This document shows, one piece after another, positions 26,219 to 35,723 of a stretch of 50,767 nucleotides of DNA (positions within the stretch are counted from its first letter, which is position 1; the number at the start of each line of letters is the position of its first letter). Below the pieces are notes generated by a model. That model had not been told where the DNA came from. It saw only the letters and a list, made by a program, of their open reading frames with translations, and ran no database searches. Made by a program: the position numbers and the translations under genes. Origin of the DNA: Candidatus Micrarchaeota archaeon (GTDB lineage: Archaea; Micrarchaeota; Micrarchaeia; Micrarchaeales; CABMGC01); NCBI GenBank assembly GCA_027328425.1, contig DAHVUT010000026.1, positions 1-50,767 of the forward strand, given 5' to 3'.

Positions 26219-26926
26219 ATGGTGGATGGAATGGGCGGACTAGAAAACGTGAAGATGTGGCTTGAGCCGAAAGAAAAGCTGCTGTTCTACTGTGACAGCG
26301 CGGTTGAGGGGCACGTGAACAAATTTGGAGAAAATCCATTTCCAAACCCGCGAGTAGTGGGGGGTATGGTTACCGGAAACACAGCGATAACAGACTTCCG
26401 CATATTCGGAACATCGGGCGGTATGCTAGGCGGTCCGAGAATGATGTTCGAGTGGATAACCGATCCGGATTATGCCACCTTAAGGGTGAAGGGGGCAATA
26501 CAGTACGAGGGAAGGGCCCTGGCCAAGGGAAAGACGCCGCAGGACATGGGAAGAATCAAAGATCCGTTTTCAGGAAAGGAAACAAAGAGCGCGATTATTC
26601 ACGTGGCCAGCGATGCCGAACTTGTGACAAGGAAGTCCCTCATTTCGACTGACTACACAATAGGCGTAAATGTGGCGATGATGAGGTCTGGTTTGGCTGA
26701 AATGCGGGAAAAGCATCCGCTGCTATCAAAGCTGGTGGCGAGCGACAAGCGCTTCTACGAACTGCATGAGATCAGGTTCAAGAAACCGGTAATGAAGGAG
26801 ACCGGGTCGAGCGAGGAGGCTGTCGATGGTGCTTACAACGTAGTGCTCGCCGTGCTCCAGAAGCAGCTAAGGTCAATGACGACCGATAAGCTGGACAAAC
26901 TCTACTCGCTTGCGGGATCGGAGTAG
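26219..26926 (+). CDS. hypothetical protein, possible PH-like domain
   Basis: WLEPKEKLL...GNTAITDFRIF resembles the L.P.E...G.l.lTd.Rl pattern of prokaryotic PH-like domains. Confidence 0.6.
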   Translation: MVDGMGGLENVKMWLEPKEKLLFYCDSAVEGHVNKFGENPFPNPRVVGGMVTGNTAITDFRIFGTSGGMLGGPRMMFEWITDPDYATLRVKGAIQYEGRALAKGKTPQDMGRIKDPFSGKETKSAIIHVASDAELVTRKSLISTDYTIGVNVAMMRSGLAEMREKHPLLSKLVASDKRFYELHEIRFKKPVMKETGSSEEAVDGAYNVVLAVLQKQLRSMTTDKLDKLYSLAGSE

Positions 26927-27067
26927 AAGGGCAGAAGGCTAACCGAAAAGCAAAGCAACCGGGGTCAGAAGAGTTTCGTGTCTGGAGACGCCACGGTGTA
27001 TCGCCCGATACCGTGTGTACTGCAAATTCTTTTCGGGCCGTTCCTCCTGAAGCTGTTCACCTAGCGG

Positions 27068-27832
27068 TCATGACGAGGGAAGCTTGCCCTCCTCGATCAT
27101 TCTCTTCAGCTGGTCAAGATCCTTCTGCGTATTCATCGTGACCCAGCTGTTCTGGGGTATTACTATAGCGTATATCTTTCTTTCCTCGGCCAGCCTTGGC
27201 AATATCGCATACTCGAAACCAACGTTGCCCGGTTTCTTGAGATCTATGAGCTTGATGAAATACTCGTAGGCAGCGGGCTCAAATATTCTCATTCCTGTTG
27301 AGGTGAGCAAAGGCACCAATGGCTTTTCCTCAAATTTGATTACGAGCCCCTTTTCATCAGTTGTGTCAACGCCAAACGGATACTGGTGCGCTTTCTCAAC
27401 AATGTCGCTTGCGACAACACCTAAGGAGTTAACTGCGCGCACATGCTCCTCAAGCACCTTCGAAGGGATGTTTGGGTCAAGAAATATATCATCGGGCTGC
27501 ACATATATCGACCTCCTCGACCTGTCTATCTTCCCCTCTTCGAGCGCCTGCTTGAACGCCTTACCGTTGCCTATGCCTTTCTCATAGTCGTACACTATAT
27601 TACTGTTTATTCCGTTCCAGCCATTTTGCTCTATGTGCTTCGTAACCTCCTTGTCACCATGCGCAAGCACGAAAGTGAAGTCGTTAATGCCATTCTTCCT
27701 ATAGAATTCCACAAGCCGGTCAATCAAAGTAGTCTCTCCTAACTTGACCAGCGCTTTGGGCATGTTCATCCCAAGGCGTTTGGCCTCGCCTCCTGCCATG
27801 ACGACTACTTGCGTATCTTTGTTGCTGCCCAT
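27068..27832 (-). CDS. sugar-phosphate nucleotidyltransferase (NTP_transferase family)
   Basis: VVMAGGEAKRL..PKAL, FEEKP; start ATG 27832. Confidence 0.88.
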   Translation of the reverse strand: MGSNKDTQVVVMAGGEAKRLGMNMPKALVKLGETTLIDRLVEFYRKNGINDFTFVLAHGDKEVTKHIEQNGWNGINSNIVYDYEKGIGNGKAFKQALEEGKIDRSRRSIYVQPDDIFLDPNIPSKVLEEHVRAVNSLGVVASDIVEKAHQYPFGVDTTDEKGLVIKFEEKPLVPLLTSTGMRIFEPAAYEYFIKLIDLKKPGNVGFEYAILPRLAEERKIYAIVIPQNSWVTMNTQKDLDQLKRMIEEGKLPSS

Positions 27833-27960
27833 GAAGTGTTTGATTCCCAGTGCCCTTAAAAGGATTGCGTTACGCTTAGAAAAGGGCGCACCAACCGGTT
27901 CCACTCGGATAAACATTTAAAGAAGGAAATGATAAATATTATTTACAAAAGTTAAATTCG

Positions 27961-28788
27961 ATGAAGGACTACAATGAGACAGCACTTGATTCAGCAGGCG
28001 CCATCTCTAGACATTCTTGGCTTCAAAGCAAAAAAGTAGTAGTTGCAGATTTGGACGGCACACTTGCCCCAAGCAAGAGCCGCATAAGCAACGATGTCGC
28101 TGCAGCAATAAATGAATTCCTAAAAAGCAAAAAGCTAGTTGTGATATCCGGCGGACGTTACGCCCAGTTCGGACGCCAGCTTCTTGAAGGAATTTCTAAG
28201 GATCCGGAGCTTCTGAAAAATCTGTATCTTTTCCCTACCAACGCCGCTTGCATGTATATTTTCACGGATGGGTCATGGGAGATGGTGTATAAGGAGAGGC
28301 TGAAGGCTGATGAAAAATCAAATATATTCGATGCCTTCGATAAGGCGCTTGGGCTCTCTGGCTATGAAAGACCAAAAATGAGCTACGGGGAGATTATAGA
28401 AGACAGGGAAACGCAGATAACTTTTTCTGCGCTTGGAAACGATGCGCCTTTAGAGGAAAAGAGACTGTGGGACCCGGACCAGAAGAAGCGCCTGCTTATA
28501 AGAGATAATCTGCTGAAGCTAGCACCGGAGTTTGAGATAAGAATAGGCGGCACAACCTCAATAGACGTTACGAGGAAGGGCATAGACAAGGCATACGGGA
28601 TAGAGAAGATAAGCGAAATGCTCAACACGAGCGTGAAAGAAATGCTTTTCATAGGTGATGCACTCTTTGAGGGTGGCAACGATTACGCTGTGCGCAAAAC
28701 AGACATAGACTGTCTGCAAGTAAGCAACCCTGGGGAGACAGCTGAAATTCTTAGGGCTGCAACAACGCACAAGGAAAGAGCAAGATAG
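27961..28788 (+). CDS. HAD-IIB hydrolase, eukaryotic-type phosphomannomutase-like
   Basis: DLDGTL, ISGG, EDRETQITFS, GGTTSIDV..GIDK, FIGDALFEGGNDY. Confidence 0.85.
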   Translation: MKDYNETALDSAGAISRHSWLQSKKVVVADLDGTLAPSKSRISNDVAAAINEFLKSKKLVVISGGRYAQFGRQLLEGISKDPELLKNLYLFPTNAACMYIFTDGSWEMVYKERLKADEKSNIFDAFDKALGLSGYERPKMSYGEIIEDRETQITFSALGNDAPLEEKRLWDPDQKKRLLIRDNLLKLAPEFEIRIGGTTSIDVTRKGIDKAYGIEKISEMLNTSVKEMLFIGDALFEGGNDYAVRKTDIDCLQVSNPGETAEILRAATTHKERAR

Positions 28789-28827
28789 ATTGCAGAAAGA
28801 ATGGGATTGAGCACAAGCAAATAATTA

Positions 28828-29895
28828 TTAGACGCCAGAGGGCGTGTAAACGCTCTTGCTGGAGTTGACGAAGACGGTGTACGTAGAACCCACGAAACCG
28901 CTCCCGCCGCTCCCGGTGCGGTTGAGCCATACAAGCACGATGTACTCGCCCGCACCATACTTTTGCATCAGGCTTTTCATGCCAAAGGCTATGCCGAGCC
29001 TGTTGCTGCTGGTCGAATACTGATCTGCAACTATCGTGTCTATGCCAGGGTAGTAGTAGCTGGGATTGCCCACGACACCGGCCACTATGTTGCCATAGCC
29101 GTACGATGACGTGTTGTCCAGCTGGGCTCTTGTCATGTTCCGCACCGGGCTGTCATATATTATCTGCACCGATGAGAATGTGTAGGGCTGCGCAATTGTG
29201 CCGTATAGCAGCATCTCGTCGCTGCTTTGGTTTATGCCGTACTTGCTCCATGCGATGTAATTGTCGATGAAGTCCTCGGTGAAATACACGCTGCTCGCGT
29301 TGTAGGCTATGCCTATGCTCACTTGGTTGTGGTACGGGTCGAGTATGTTGTCCCTGTGCCCGTTGTTGCAGCACTGGCTGTCGTTGTACATCATGCTGTA
29401 CTCCATCTCCTGCAGCGCCTGCGTGACGTTTATGTCGCCGCTGCAGCCGAAGATTCCGCACTGCGCGCTATACCTATAGGCTATGTTTTCGCTGACCGCT
29501 CCCCTGCCGCCGAGGAGCGTGTAGCGCATGTATGGTTTCATGCCGAAAACGTCCCAGTGGCTGAAGTAGTCTCCGACGAGCATGCTCGCGGAATGCTGCT
29601 GCGCGGAAGGCTCGGTGGACAGCGTGACGTTGCCCAGCCCGTACGCGTTCCTGTCTTTGTTTATCAGGTTGAGTGCATAAGCGAGGAGCTGCGCGTTTGC
29701 CTGGGTTACGTTCGCCGTGCCCGTGCTGTTAGCCACGCTCTCGTTGCCTATCTGCGACGCGTTCGCATTCGTGTAGTTGGAGACTATGCCTGCTATCGGG
29801 CCTATTCTGTCGATGTAGCCGAAGAAGAGGAAGGCGAGCACCAACATTATGGCTATAAGAGTTAGCACGTTAGCTACCGCCCCAGTGGTGCTCAT
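28828..29895 (-). CDS. CAP/SCP domain surface protein
   Basis: N-terminal TM; LINKDRNAYGL, AQQHSASM..YFSH, ENIA, GHRDNILDP, VSIGIA. Confidence 0.88.
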   Translation of the reverse strand: MSTTGAVANVLTLIAIMLVLAFLFFGYIDRIGPIAGIVSNYTNANASQIGNESVANSTGTANVTQANAQLLAYALNLINKDRNAYGLGNVTLSTEPSAQQHSASMLVGDYFSHWDVFGMKPYMRYTLLGGRGAVSENIAYRYSAQCGIFGCSGDINVTQALQEMEYSMMYNDSQCCNNGHRDNILDPYHNQVSIGIAYNASSVYFTEDFIDNYIAWSKYGINQSSDEMLLYGTIAQPYTFSSVQIIYDSPVRNMTRAQLDNTSSYGYGNIVAGVVGNPSYYYPGIDTIVADQYSTSSNRLGIAFGMKSLMQKYGAGEYIVLVWLNRTGSGGSGFVGSTYTVFVNSSKSVYTPSGV

Positions 29896-29954
29896 GCTGC
29901 TGATTTGGCAGCTCAGCTTAAAGTAACATTGCTCTGGCTACGGTTCTGCTGCCC

Positions 29955-30198
29955 TGAAGCGGCGTGCCGTAGCCTCCCTTCTGTTTTAGGTGGCATTCGA
30001 CTAAGCGGCTTTATGCCTTGCACGCTCCTCGTGCGCACACCGGCCGTTCCATGCATACGTGCACGCTCGTAGTGTCATCGCTTGTGTACATGTATGCTCG
30101 CGTTTCTGTTCCGGATCGGGCCTTGAGCCCAACACGCACTCTGCGTGGGGAGAGCTTCCTCAGTCACGTGGACCGTGAGCCACCCGCACACCGCTTCA
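29955..30198 (-). ncRNA. rnpB: RNase P RNA (compact, ~244 nt)
   Basis: Minus strand: P1 TGAAGCGGTGTGC/GCACGCCGCTTCA; CR-I GAGGAAGCTCTCCC; CR-II ACAGAAAC; CR-III GGAACGG; CR-IV GCTTAGTCGAAT; CR-V AACAGAAGGGAGGCTA. Confidence 0.9.
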
Positions 30199-30235
30199 TA
30201 TAATATCCTTTGCGCCCGTATATAAGGCTAGCGGT

Positions 30236-30514
30236 ATGGTGGCGATAACTGGCGCTGAGCTCTCCGGAATCTGGCTGATGGTGGCCATAGCGATAGTTAT
30301 ACTGATAGTGTGGAAGCTGGGCAAGCTAATGTTCAAGCTCATCTTCGGACTGATAAGCAACATAATAATGGGCTTCATCACGCTGCTGGCCGTGAATTAT
30401 TTCTTCGGCCTCTCCATACCCTACAGCCTGCCCGTCATAGTGTCTACCGTATTCTTCGGACTGGGAGGCATAGGTACCATAATAATACTCAAGCTCTTCG
30501 GGATCGCAGTGTGA
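30236..30514 (+). CDS. BofA-like small membrane protein
   Basis: Three hydrophobic segments; NIIMG..LLAVN..GLSIP..FFGLGG pattern. Confidence 0.7.
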   Translation: MVAITGAELSGIWLMVAIAIVILIVWKLGKLMFKLIFGLISNIIMGFITLLAVNYFFGLSIPYSLPVIVSTVFFGLGGIGTIIILKLFGIAV

Positions 30515-30518
30515 GCCA

Positions 30519-30713
30519 CTACTTTGCCAGGTCCACGTCGGATTTCTGCACCGTCTTCCTGCCAGCGTGCTTCGCCAGCCTAACCGCCTTCTTTGCGAGC
30601 GCATAGGCCATGCTGTTCATAAGCTCTGCCAGTTCCCTGGAGGCGCTGTCGCTAACTCTCACTGCACCCGCGCCCTTCAGTATCCTCTTGGCAGCCTGCT
30701 CCGAGATCGCCAT
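30519..30713 (-). CDS. archaeal histone (HMf-like, 64 aa)
   Basis: KRILKGAGAVRVSDSA..AKKAVRLAKHAGRKTVQKSD histone-fold signature; start ATG 30713. Confidence 0.93.
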   Translation of the reverse strand: MAISEQAAKRILKGAGAVRVSDSASRELAELMNSMAYALAKKAVRLAKHAGRKTVQKSDVDLAK

Positions 30714-30751
30714 GAGTAGGATTAAATAGCAAAACTTAAAACAATAACAGC

Positions 30752-31216
30752 ATGCACATAAGGGAACTGGAGTGGGGAGACTCGAGCAGCGCAATGAGGC
30801 TCATGTTGGAGCTCTACGACGAGAGCCCCGTGTCCAGCACTTTCGACCACAGGCCCAGTGCGGACGAACTCGACAGCGTTCTCTCCGGGAAGCTGGACGG
30901 CATCGCAGTGGGCAGCATAGTGGACCTGGTGGCCGAGGACCGCGGGCGCATAGTGGCGGAATGCGAGCTCGTGGGCACGGGCTCGGGAAGCGGCGTTATA
31001 GGCATAATGGTAGAATCAGGAAGCAGACGGAAAGGGCTGGGCAGGAAGCTCATCTTCAGTGCAATGCGGCTTGCGGCAGGAATCGGAGTAACCAGGGCGT
31101 ATGCAAGCGTACGCAGGGAGAACCGGCGCGCCCTTGCGTTCTTCGAGGCCTGCGGCTTCACAAAAGAAGATGGCGCTGAAATAGTAGTCATGTCAAGGAG
31201 CGTATCAGGCGCTTGA
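30752..31216 (+). other. GNAT family acetyltransferase
   Basis: VESGSRRKGLGRKL acetyl-CoA motif A; N.RALAFFEACGF. Confidence 0.88.
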
Positions 31217-31825
31217 GTTGTAGACAGCAAGCAGCGTGCCGTTCAGCTGGGACAGCAGCACGCTCACGGTATGGTTGACCCTGGGAGCGGAGTACTCAAC
31301 GAGCCACGCTTTCGTGTAGTTCACCCCGTGCGTGTCGATGCTCTGATAGAAGCGCGAGATCACGCTGACGTTGTGGAAACCGTACTGCTGCACAAACGAC
31401 ATCACGCTGGATATGCCAAGCGTGTACGACCTTGTTACAGCGGCAGGGAAAGAGGAGAGCAGGAAGCTGCTGTTCTGCTGCAGGCCGTATATCCTGCAGT
31501 CCTGCGTGTACGTGTTCTGCACCCTGTATACGAAGCCGAACTTGGGGTAGTCGAACGTGTACGAGTAATACGACGGGCACGGCGAAGTGGCGTTCACGAC
31601 CACCGACGCTGCTATGTACCAGCTGCCTGTGTAGTTCGATGGTCTCTCGTTGGTTATGTTTATCATAGCGCTAGGGTACGCGTTCTGCAGATCAGCGGTA
31701 ATGAGCGATGCTGCCTGCTTCTCGCTTACGTGGCTAAGTATCGTGCTCTGGAGGGCGTAGTACACGCCGAGCAGTATCACTATCACGACCACGGCCAATA
31801 CCACTGTCTTCGCGAGCAGATCCAT
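31205..31825 (-). CDS. hypothetical membrane-anchored/secreted protein
   Basis: N-terminal hydrophobic helix; S/T/N/Y-rich with multiple NxS/T sequons. Confidence 0.7.
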   Translation of the reverse strand: MDLLAKTVVLAVVVIVILLGVYYALQSTILSHVSEKQAASLITADLQNAYPSAMINITNERPSNYTGSWYIAASVVVNATSPCPSYYSYTFDYPKFGFVYRVQNTYTQDCRIYGLQQNSSFLLSSFPAAVTRSYTLGISSVMSFVQQYGFHNVSVISRFYQSIDTHGVNYTKAWLVEYSAPRVNHTVSVLLSQLNGTLLAVYNSSA

Positions 31826-31867
31826 GCTCTAGACTGAAATAAGCAGATATAAAACGTTTGCTCAGCC

Positions 31868-33070
31868 TCATCCACCAACCACGCTTGCCGCCCGCAGGCT
31901 CCTTGACACCACGTTCCCTATGCCCATGAGCTTCAGCATACCCGCGAGCGCCTCCGGCTTCGTAGCTGTCTTCGGATGCTTGGCGTTGATGGAGCAAACA
32001 TCAGGGTACTGCATTATTGATGTGCCGTACGTGCCTATGCGCTTCGCAATCTCCACAATCTCCATCTTGTCGAAGCCTATGAGGGGCCTCATGGTGGGCA
32101 GCTTAGAGCCGCGCTGCTCGGCTACCAGGTTGGCAGCAGTCTGCGACGCCACCTGGCCGAGGCTGTCCCCTGTATACACGAAGTATGCCCCTTCCTTGCC
32201 GGCCACTTTCTCGGCGAGCCTGAGCAGGAACGCCTTAAACAATATCGGCTCGTACCTTCCGAACCTGGCAGCCTTGGCCTGGAATATGTGCGATGGCACG
32301 TAGTACGCCTTAGCGCGGGGAGAGTAGCTGGACAGTTGCGCGATGAGCTCCGCTATCTTGCTCGATTCTGCAGTCTTGTTGTCAATGAATGCGTGCGCGT
32401 GCACATATATGGGCTCAGCGCCGCGCTTCATCGCATACCACGCGGCCACAGGCGAGTCTATGCCCCCCGACAGCAGCACCACACATTTACCGGACGAGCC
32501 GACGGGCAGGCCGCCTGCACCCCTGTACCTGTCGAGCGAGACGAAGGCCGCATCCGCCTTCACGTTCACGCGCAGCTCCCTCTCGTAGCCCTTTGTCGTG
32601 GTCTCCACGCCCATCTCCGAGATGCTTTTCTGCAGGCGCGCCACCACCTCCTTGGAATCGAACGGCAACTGCTTGTAGGCCCTGTGCGAACTTATAAGCA
32701 CGCTCTTCGGCCTCGGCTCCGTGCCAAGCAGCGAGACCGCAGCGCGCTCTATGCCCTCCATCGTAGGCCTCGCCTCGAGTGCGGGCTCTATGGCGCTGAG
32801 CCCGAACACCTTCTGCAGCCCTGCTATTATTGCTCCGGAATCACTGGCGCTGCAGCGGAGCTGCAGCCTGTCGAAATCCCTGCGCAGCGAGAAGGCACGG
32901 CCTGCAAGCTGGGCCTTTATGTTCCTTTCCAGAAGAAGTATGTAGCCGTCCCTGTTGCCTCCCTTCAGCCAGAGCTCGCCGAACTTAAGCACTATAAGCT
33001 TCTCCATGCCGCCCCCGGTCGCCGATATATCTTCCTTGACAGAAAGCGTTGCCTTCCTGCGAAGCGCCAT
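31868..33070 (-). CDS. thiI: tRNA 4-thiouridine synthase ThiI (THUMP + PP-loop, no rhodanese domain)
   Basis: KFGELWLKG.NR, GGLPVGSSG, LSGGIDSPVA, GDSLGQVASQT, RPLIGFDK; start 33070 or 33007. Confidence 0.93.
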   Translation of the reverse strand: MALRRKATLSVKEDISATGGGMEKLIVLKFGELWLKGGNRDGYILLLERNIKAQLAGRAFSLRRDFDRLQLRCSASDSGAIIAGLQKVFGLSAIEPALEARPTMEGIERAAVSLLGTEPRPKSVLISSHRAYKQLPFDSKEVVARLQKSISEMGVETTTKGYERELRVNVKADAAFVSLDRYRGAGGLPVGSSGKCVVLLSGGIDSPVAAWYAMKRGAEPIYVHAHAFIDNKTAESSKIAELIAQLSSYSPRAKAYYVPSHIFQAKAARFGRYEPILFKAFLLRLAEKVAGKEGAYFVYTGDSLGQVASQTAANLVAEQRGSKLPTMRPLIGFDKMEIVEIAKRIGTYGTSIMQYPDVCSINAKHPKTATKPEALAGMLKLMGIGNVVSRSLRAASVVGG

Positions 33071-33080
33071 GTGCCTATTG

Positions 33081-33254
33081 CTACCTGCCTGCTTTTGTAA
33101 CTTCCTTCTGCTCCTTGTGCTTCTGCTTGCGCTGCTGCTGCACGTCGAACTTGAAGCAGCGGTCCGAGCAGTAGTATTTTACTGCGCCCATTTTCCTGAC
33201 GTACATGACGCCCGTGCCCTTCTCTATCTCCCTTGTGCAGTAAGAGCAACGCAT
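33081..33254 (-). CDS. rpl24e: ribosomal protein L24e (57 aa, absent from ORF track)
   Basis: Manual translation [35 protein letters not shown]...; canonical L7Ae-S28e-L24e order. Confidence 0.93.
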   Translation of the reverse strand: MRCSYCTREIEKGTGVMYVRKMGAVKYYCSDRCFKFDVQQQRKQKHKEQKEVTKAGR

Positions 33255-33258
33255 GCAA

Positions 33259-33534
33259 TCACCTTACCATAATGCGCTTGTCCTCCCTGCTCGTGTCGGA
33301 AACGCGTATTATGTCGCCCACCTTTATCCTTCCGCTCACGTTCCTCCTTCTCACCCTGCCCTTGTCCTTGCCATCGAGTATCTTCAGCATTACCTGGCGT
33401 ATCGAGCCGAACATGCCTGTGCGAATGGGCGCTACCTCCACCACTTCTGCCATGAAGCCGTCGAACTTCCTCCCCTGCGCCGCTTCCTGCTTGGCTTCTT
33501 GTTTAGCTTCCTGCCTTACCTGTTCTTCGGCCAA
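33259..33534 (-). CDS. rps28e: ribosomal protein S28e with N-terminal extension
   Basis: AEVVEV..RTGMFG..QV..RRNVSG.IKVGDII. Confidence 0.9.
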   Translation of the reverse strand: MAEEQVRQEAKQEAKQEAAQGRKFDGFMAEVVEVAPIRTGMFGSIRQVMLKILDGKDKGRVRRRNVSGRIKVGDIIRVSDTSREDKRIMVR

Positions 33535-33560
33535 TTCAACACACCGACGTCATGAAATGC

Positions 33561-34094
33561 TCAGTTTGCACCGGCCGCCGGCGCTTCCGCGCTCGCTTCT
33601 GGCGCAGCCTGCTTCTGCTCCTCCTTTGGCTGCTCCTTCGGCGCCTTCTCCTTCTTCTGCTTAGGCTTTGCCTCCTTCGGGGCCTGCTCTTGCTTTGGCG
33701 CCTCGGCCTTCACCTCCTGCTTGGCTCCACCCTGCTTGGTGGCCGCCCAGTTGGCTATCTCCTTGACCTGCGCGTGGGCGTCGCCTGGCTTCTCTATCGC
33801 TATGGCTGCGCACGGCACTCCGAGACCGGCAGCCTTGCCAAGGTCGAGCTTGGCGGGCACGAAGACGAAAGGCTTCCTCTTCTGCTCGCAGAGCGTAGGC
33901 AGGTGCATCACCACCTCCTCCGGCTCCACGTCGCCGGCTATAAGCACGAGCTCGGCTGTGCCGCGCTCTATGCTCTTTGTGACCTCGTTGACTCCCTTCT
34001 TCACAGAGCCTCCCTGCTTCGCAAGACGCACAGCGTCCAGCGACTTGTCCACTATCTCCTTTGGCGCTTCGAATTTCACATAGCTCTTTGCCAT
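33561..34094 (-). CDS. rpl7ae: ribosomal protein L7Ae with C-terminal K/E/A/Q/P tail
   Basis: KKGVNEVTKSIERG, AGDVEPEEVVMHLP.LC, LGKAAGL. Confidence 0.96.
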   Translation of the reverse strand: MAKSYVKFEAPKEIVDKSLDAVRLAKQGGSVKKGVNEVTKSIERGTAELVLIAGDVEPEEVVMHLPTLCEQKRKPFVFVPAKLDLGKAAGLGVPCAAIAIEKPGDAHAQVKEIANWAATKQGGAKQEVKAEAPKQEQAPKEAKPKQKKEKAPKEQPKEEQKQAAPEASAEAPAAGAN

Positions 34095-34157
34095 TACCTA
34101 CACCTCGTTTCATTGGTGCTGAAAAATAAGCACCGGGCCCCGCGCTTGCGCGCAGGA

Positions 34158-34496
34158 CTAGACTACCATTGCGCAACGAGGGTTTAAATTACCTACACTT
34201 GGGGCGTGCAACACGTACCGGGCTGCGGGCCATTTCACTTCCTTGTCGGCCCACACGACGCGCCGCGAATTCTCGCCATCGGGCACGAATTTCACCGGCC
34301 TGCTGTCGTAGCTTTCATTGCCTGTTTCCTTCTTTGCGCGTTTCCTGAAGAGCAGTTCCCTGAGCATGAACCTTAAAGGAGTAAGCACAACTGATTGGGT
34401 GGGGTGGGAAAGAGGCAGGGCAGGTGTATCTGTTGTGGGTGGGGTGAAAATAGTGGCGCTAAGCGCACCAGGCCATGCCCCGTTGCCCTTTCCCAT
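34158..34496 (-). CDS. hypothetical protein
   Basis: 112-aa ORF with an AT-rich promoter-like region upstream; no motif. Confidence 0.4.
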   Translation of the reverse strand: MGKGNGAWPGALSATIFTPPTTDTPALPLSHPTQSVVLTPLRFMLRELLFRKRAKKETGNESYDSRPVKFVPDGENSRRVVWADKEVKWPAARYVLHAPSVGNLNPRCAMVV

Positions 34497-34592
34497 GTGA
34501 TGTATTATGGTTCTTATGATTTATATACATTATTTATTTTCGTAATTTATTTGCAAAAGCTTCGGTTTTATTAATAGCTCTCTCCCGAACAT

Positions 34593-35609
34593 TCACTTCC
34601 AGATGAACCTATAGTTTGCAGCAGCATCCAGGTTCCTAAGCGGCAGCAGCCCCTTGAGTGTTTTGATTACAAACGCGTGCCTTTCAACCATATCTTCGTT
34701 TTTCAGCAGTGCGCTATGCCACTTTACTGCATTATATAGTGCTTGCTTCTTCTCCCTGTCGAACGCCATGCCAAAGGATCTGAAACTACCGGTTAAGGGT
34801 GCAATCATGGGGTAGCAGTTGAGCAAGGGCGTTTCTCCGGCCTCAGTCATGTAGCGGGTTCGCATTAATGGGAATGCATTACTTGTGGTGTCTTTGCCAA
34901 ACCTATATCTAAAGAAGTAGGCAACAATGCTTCCGTACCCTGGCTTCTGAACTGCTATTGTAAACCGCCGCACTATCTGCTGCTTGATAAACTTGAATAC
35001 CCTGTATCGCACAGTATCCTCGTTGATGCCTGTGAGCCCTGCAATCTCCCTGTATCCTATCCTTGAGTTTCTGTTGAGCTCCTTAAGGATCTGCTTGTCT
35101 TTCTTATCTGTTTTTATCTCCTCTCTTATGAAGTTCACAAAATCATCACTCAGCGGCACGTAACCTAGTTGCGGAAACACAAATTCCGAAGGTCTTATCT
35201 CAGGCGTATAATCTGACAAAGCGGCAGTGATGTCAGTCTCCCAACGTATATAGCTTATCGGCGAACCGGCAGCGGCGAACACAAGCATATCAAAATCCCC
35301 TTTGGTAAGGTACACATCCTGCGCAAATGTGTCTGTTTTGAAAAGATCGTAGAGGAAGTCCTCGCTTGGCTTCTTCTTGAACCTGAACATAAGTATGTGC
35401 CTCTCAGGGAAGCCCAACCTATCCATATCCACCTCTAGGGTGAAGCGTATATCGAGCTTCTGCACGAGCCTGTCAACGATTTTTGCAGCAGTTGCAGTGG
35501 AGCATCCTGCCGCTCTGGCTAGATGCGTAAAGCTTGCTCTGGCATCTGTGCTAAGCTCACGCAGCACAATCCTATCCTTGTTGGTGAGCAGCGGTTCGTC
35601 GTAGGCCAT
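34593..35609 (-). CDS. Lrp/AsnC-family regulator with two HTH modules
   Basis: DRIVLRELSTDARASFTHLA..GCS and DKQILKELNRNSRIGYREIAGLTGINEDTVRYR. Confidence 0.85.
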   Translation of the reverse strand: MAYDEPLLTNKDRIVLRELSTDARASFTHLARAAGCSTATAAKIVDRLVQKLDIRFTLEVDMDRLGFPERHILMFRFKKKPSEDFLYDLFKTDTFAQDVYLTKGDFDMLVFAAAGSPISYIRWETDITAALSDYTPEIRPSEFVFPQLGYVPLSDDFVNFIREEIKTDKKDKQILKELNRNSRIGYREIAGLTGINEDTVRYRVFKFIKQQIVRRFTIAVQKPGYGSIVAYFFRYRFGKDTTSNAFPLMRTRYMTEAGETPLLNCYPMIAPLTGSFRSFGMAFDREKKQALYNAVKWHSALLKNEDMVERHAFVIKTLKGLLPLRNLDAAANYRFIWK

Positions 35610-35723
35610 GATAATGCTGCACTAGAAAGGCATAAATTAACTCATATAAAAATCCGTAATTCGCGTAAATAAATTTAGTTATTTATGCATGGTTCTTATT
35701 ACCCGCTTTCCTAATGACAGTGC

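Noticed and set aside
26960-27050. Intergenic hairpins (CACGGTGTATCG..CGATACCGTG; GAAGAGTTT/AAATTCTTTTC)
   Set aside because: Between convergent genes, single copy, no family resemblance; may be a terminator or decayed element but unsupported
30714-30794. Cys-rich N-terminal histone tail in the ORF track
   Set aside because: Overlaps the promoter gap and the GNAT start; ATG 30713 gives a normal-length histone
32992-33258. 88-aa ORF downstream of S28e
   Set aside because: The wrong frame; L24e is 33081-33254
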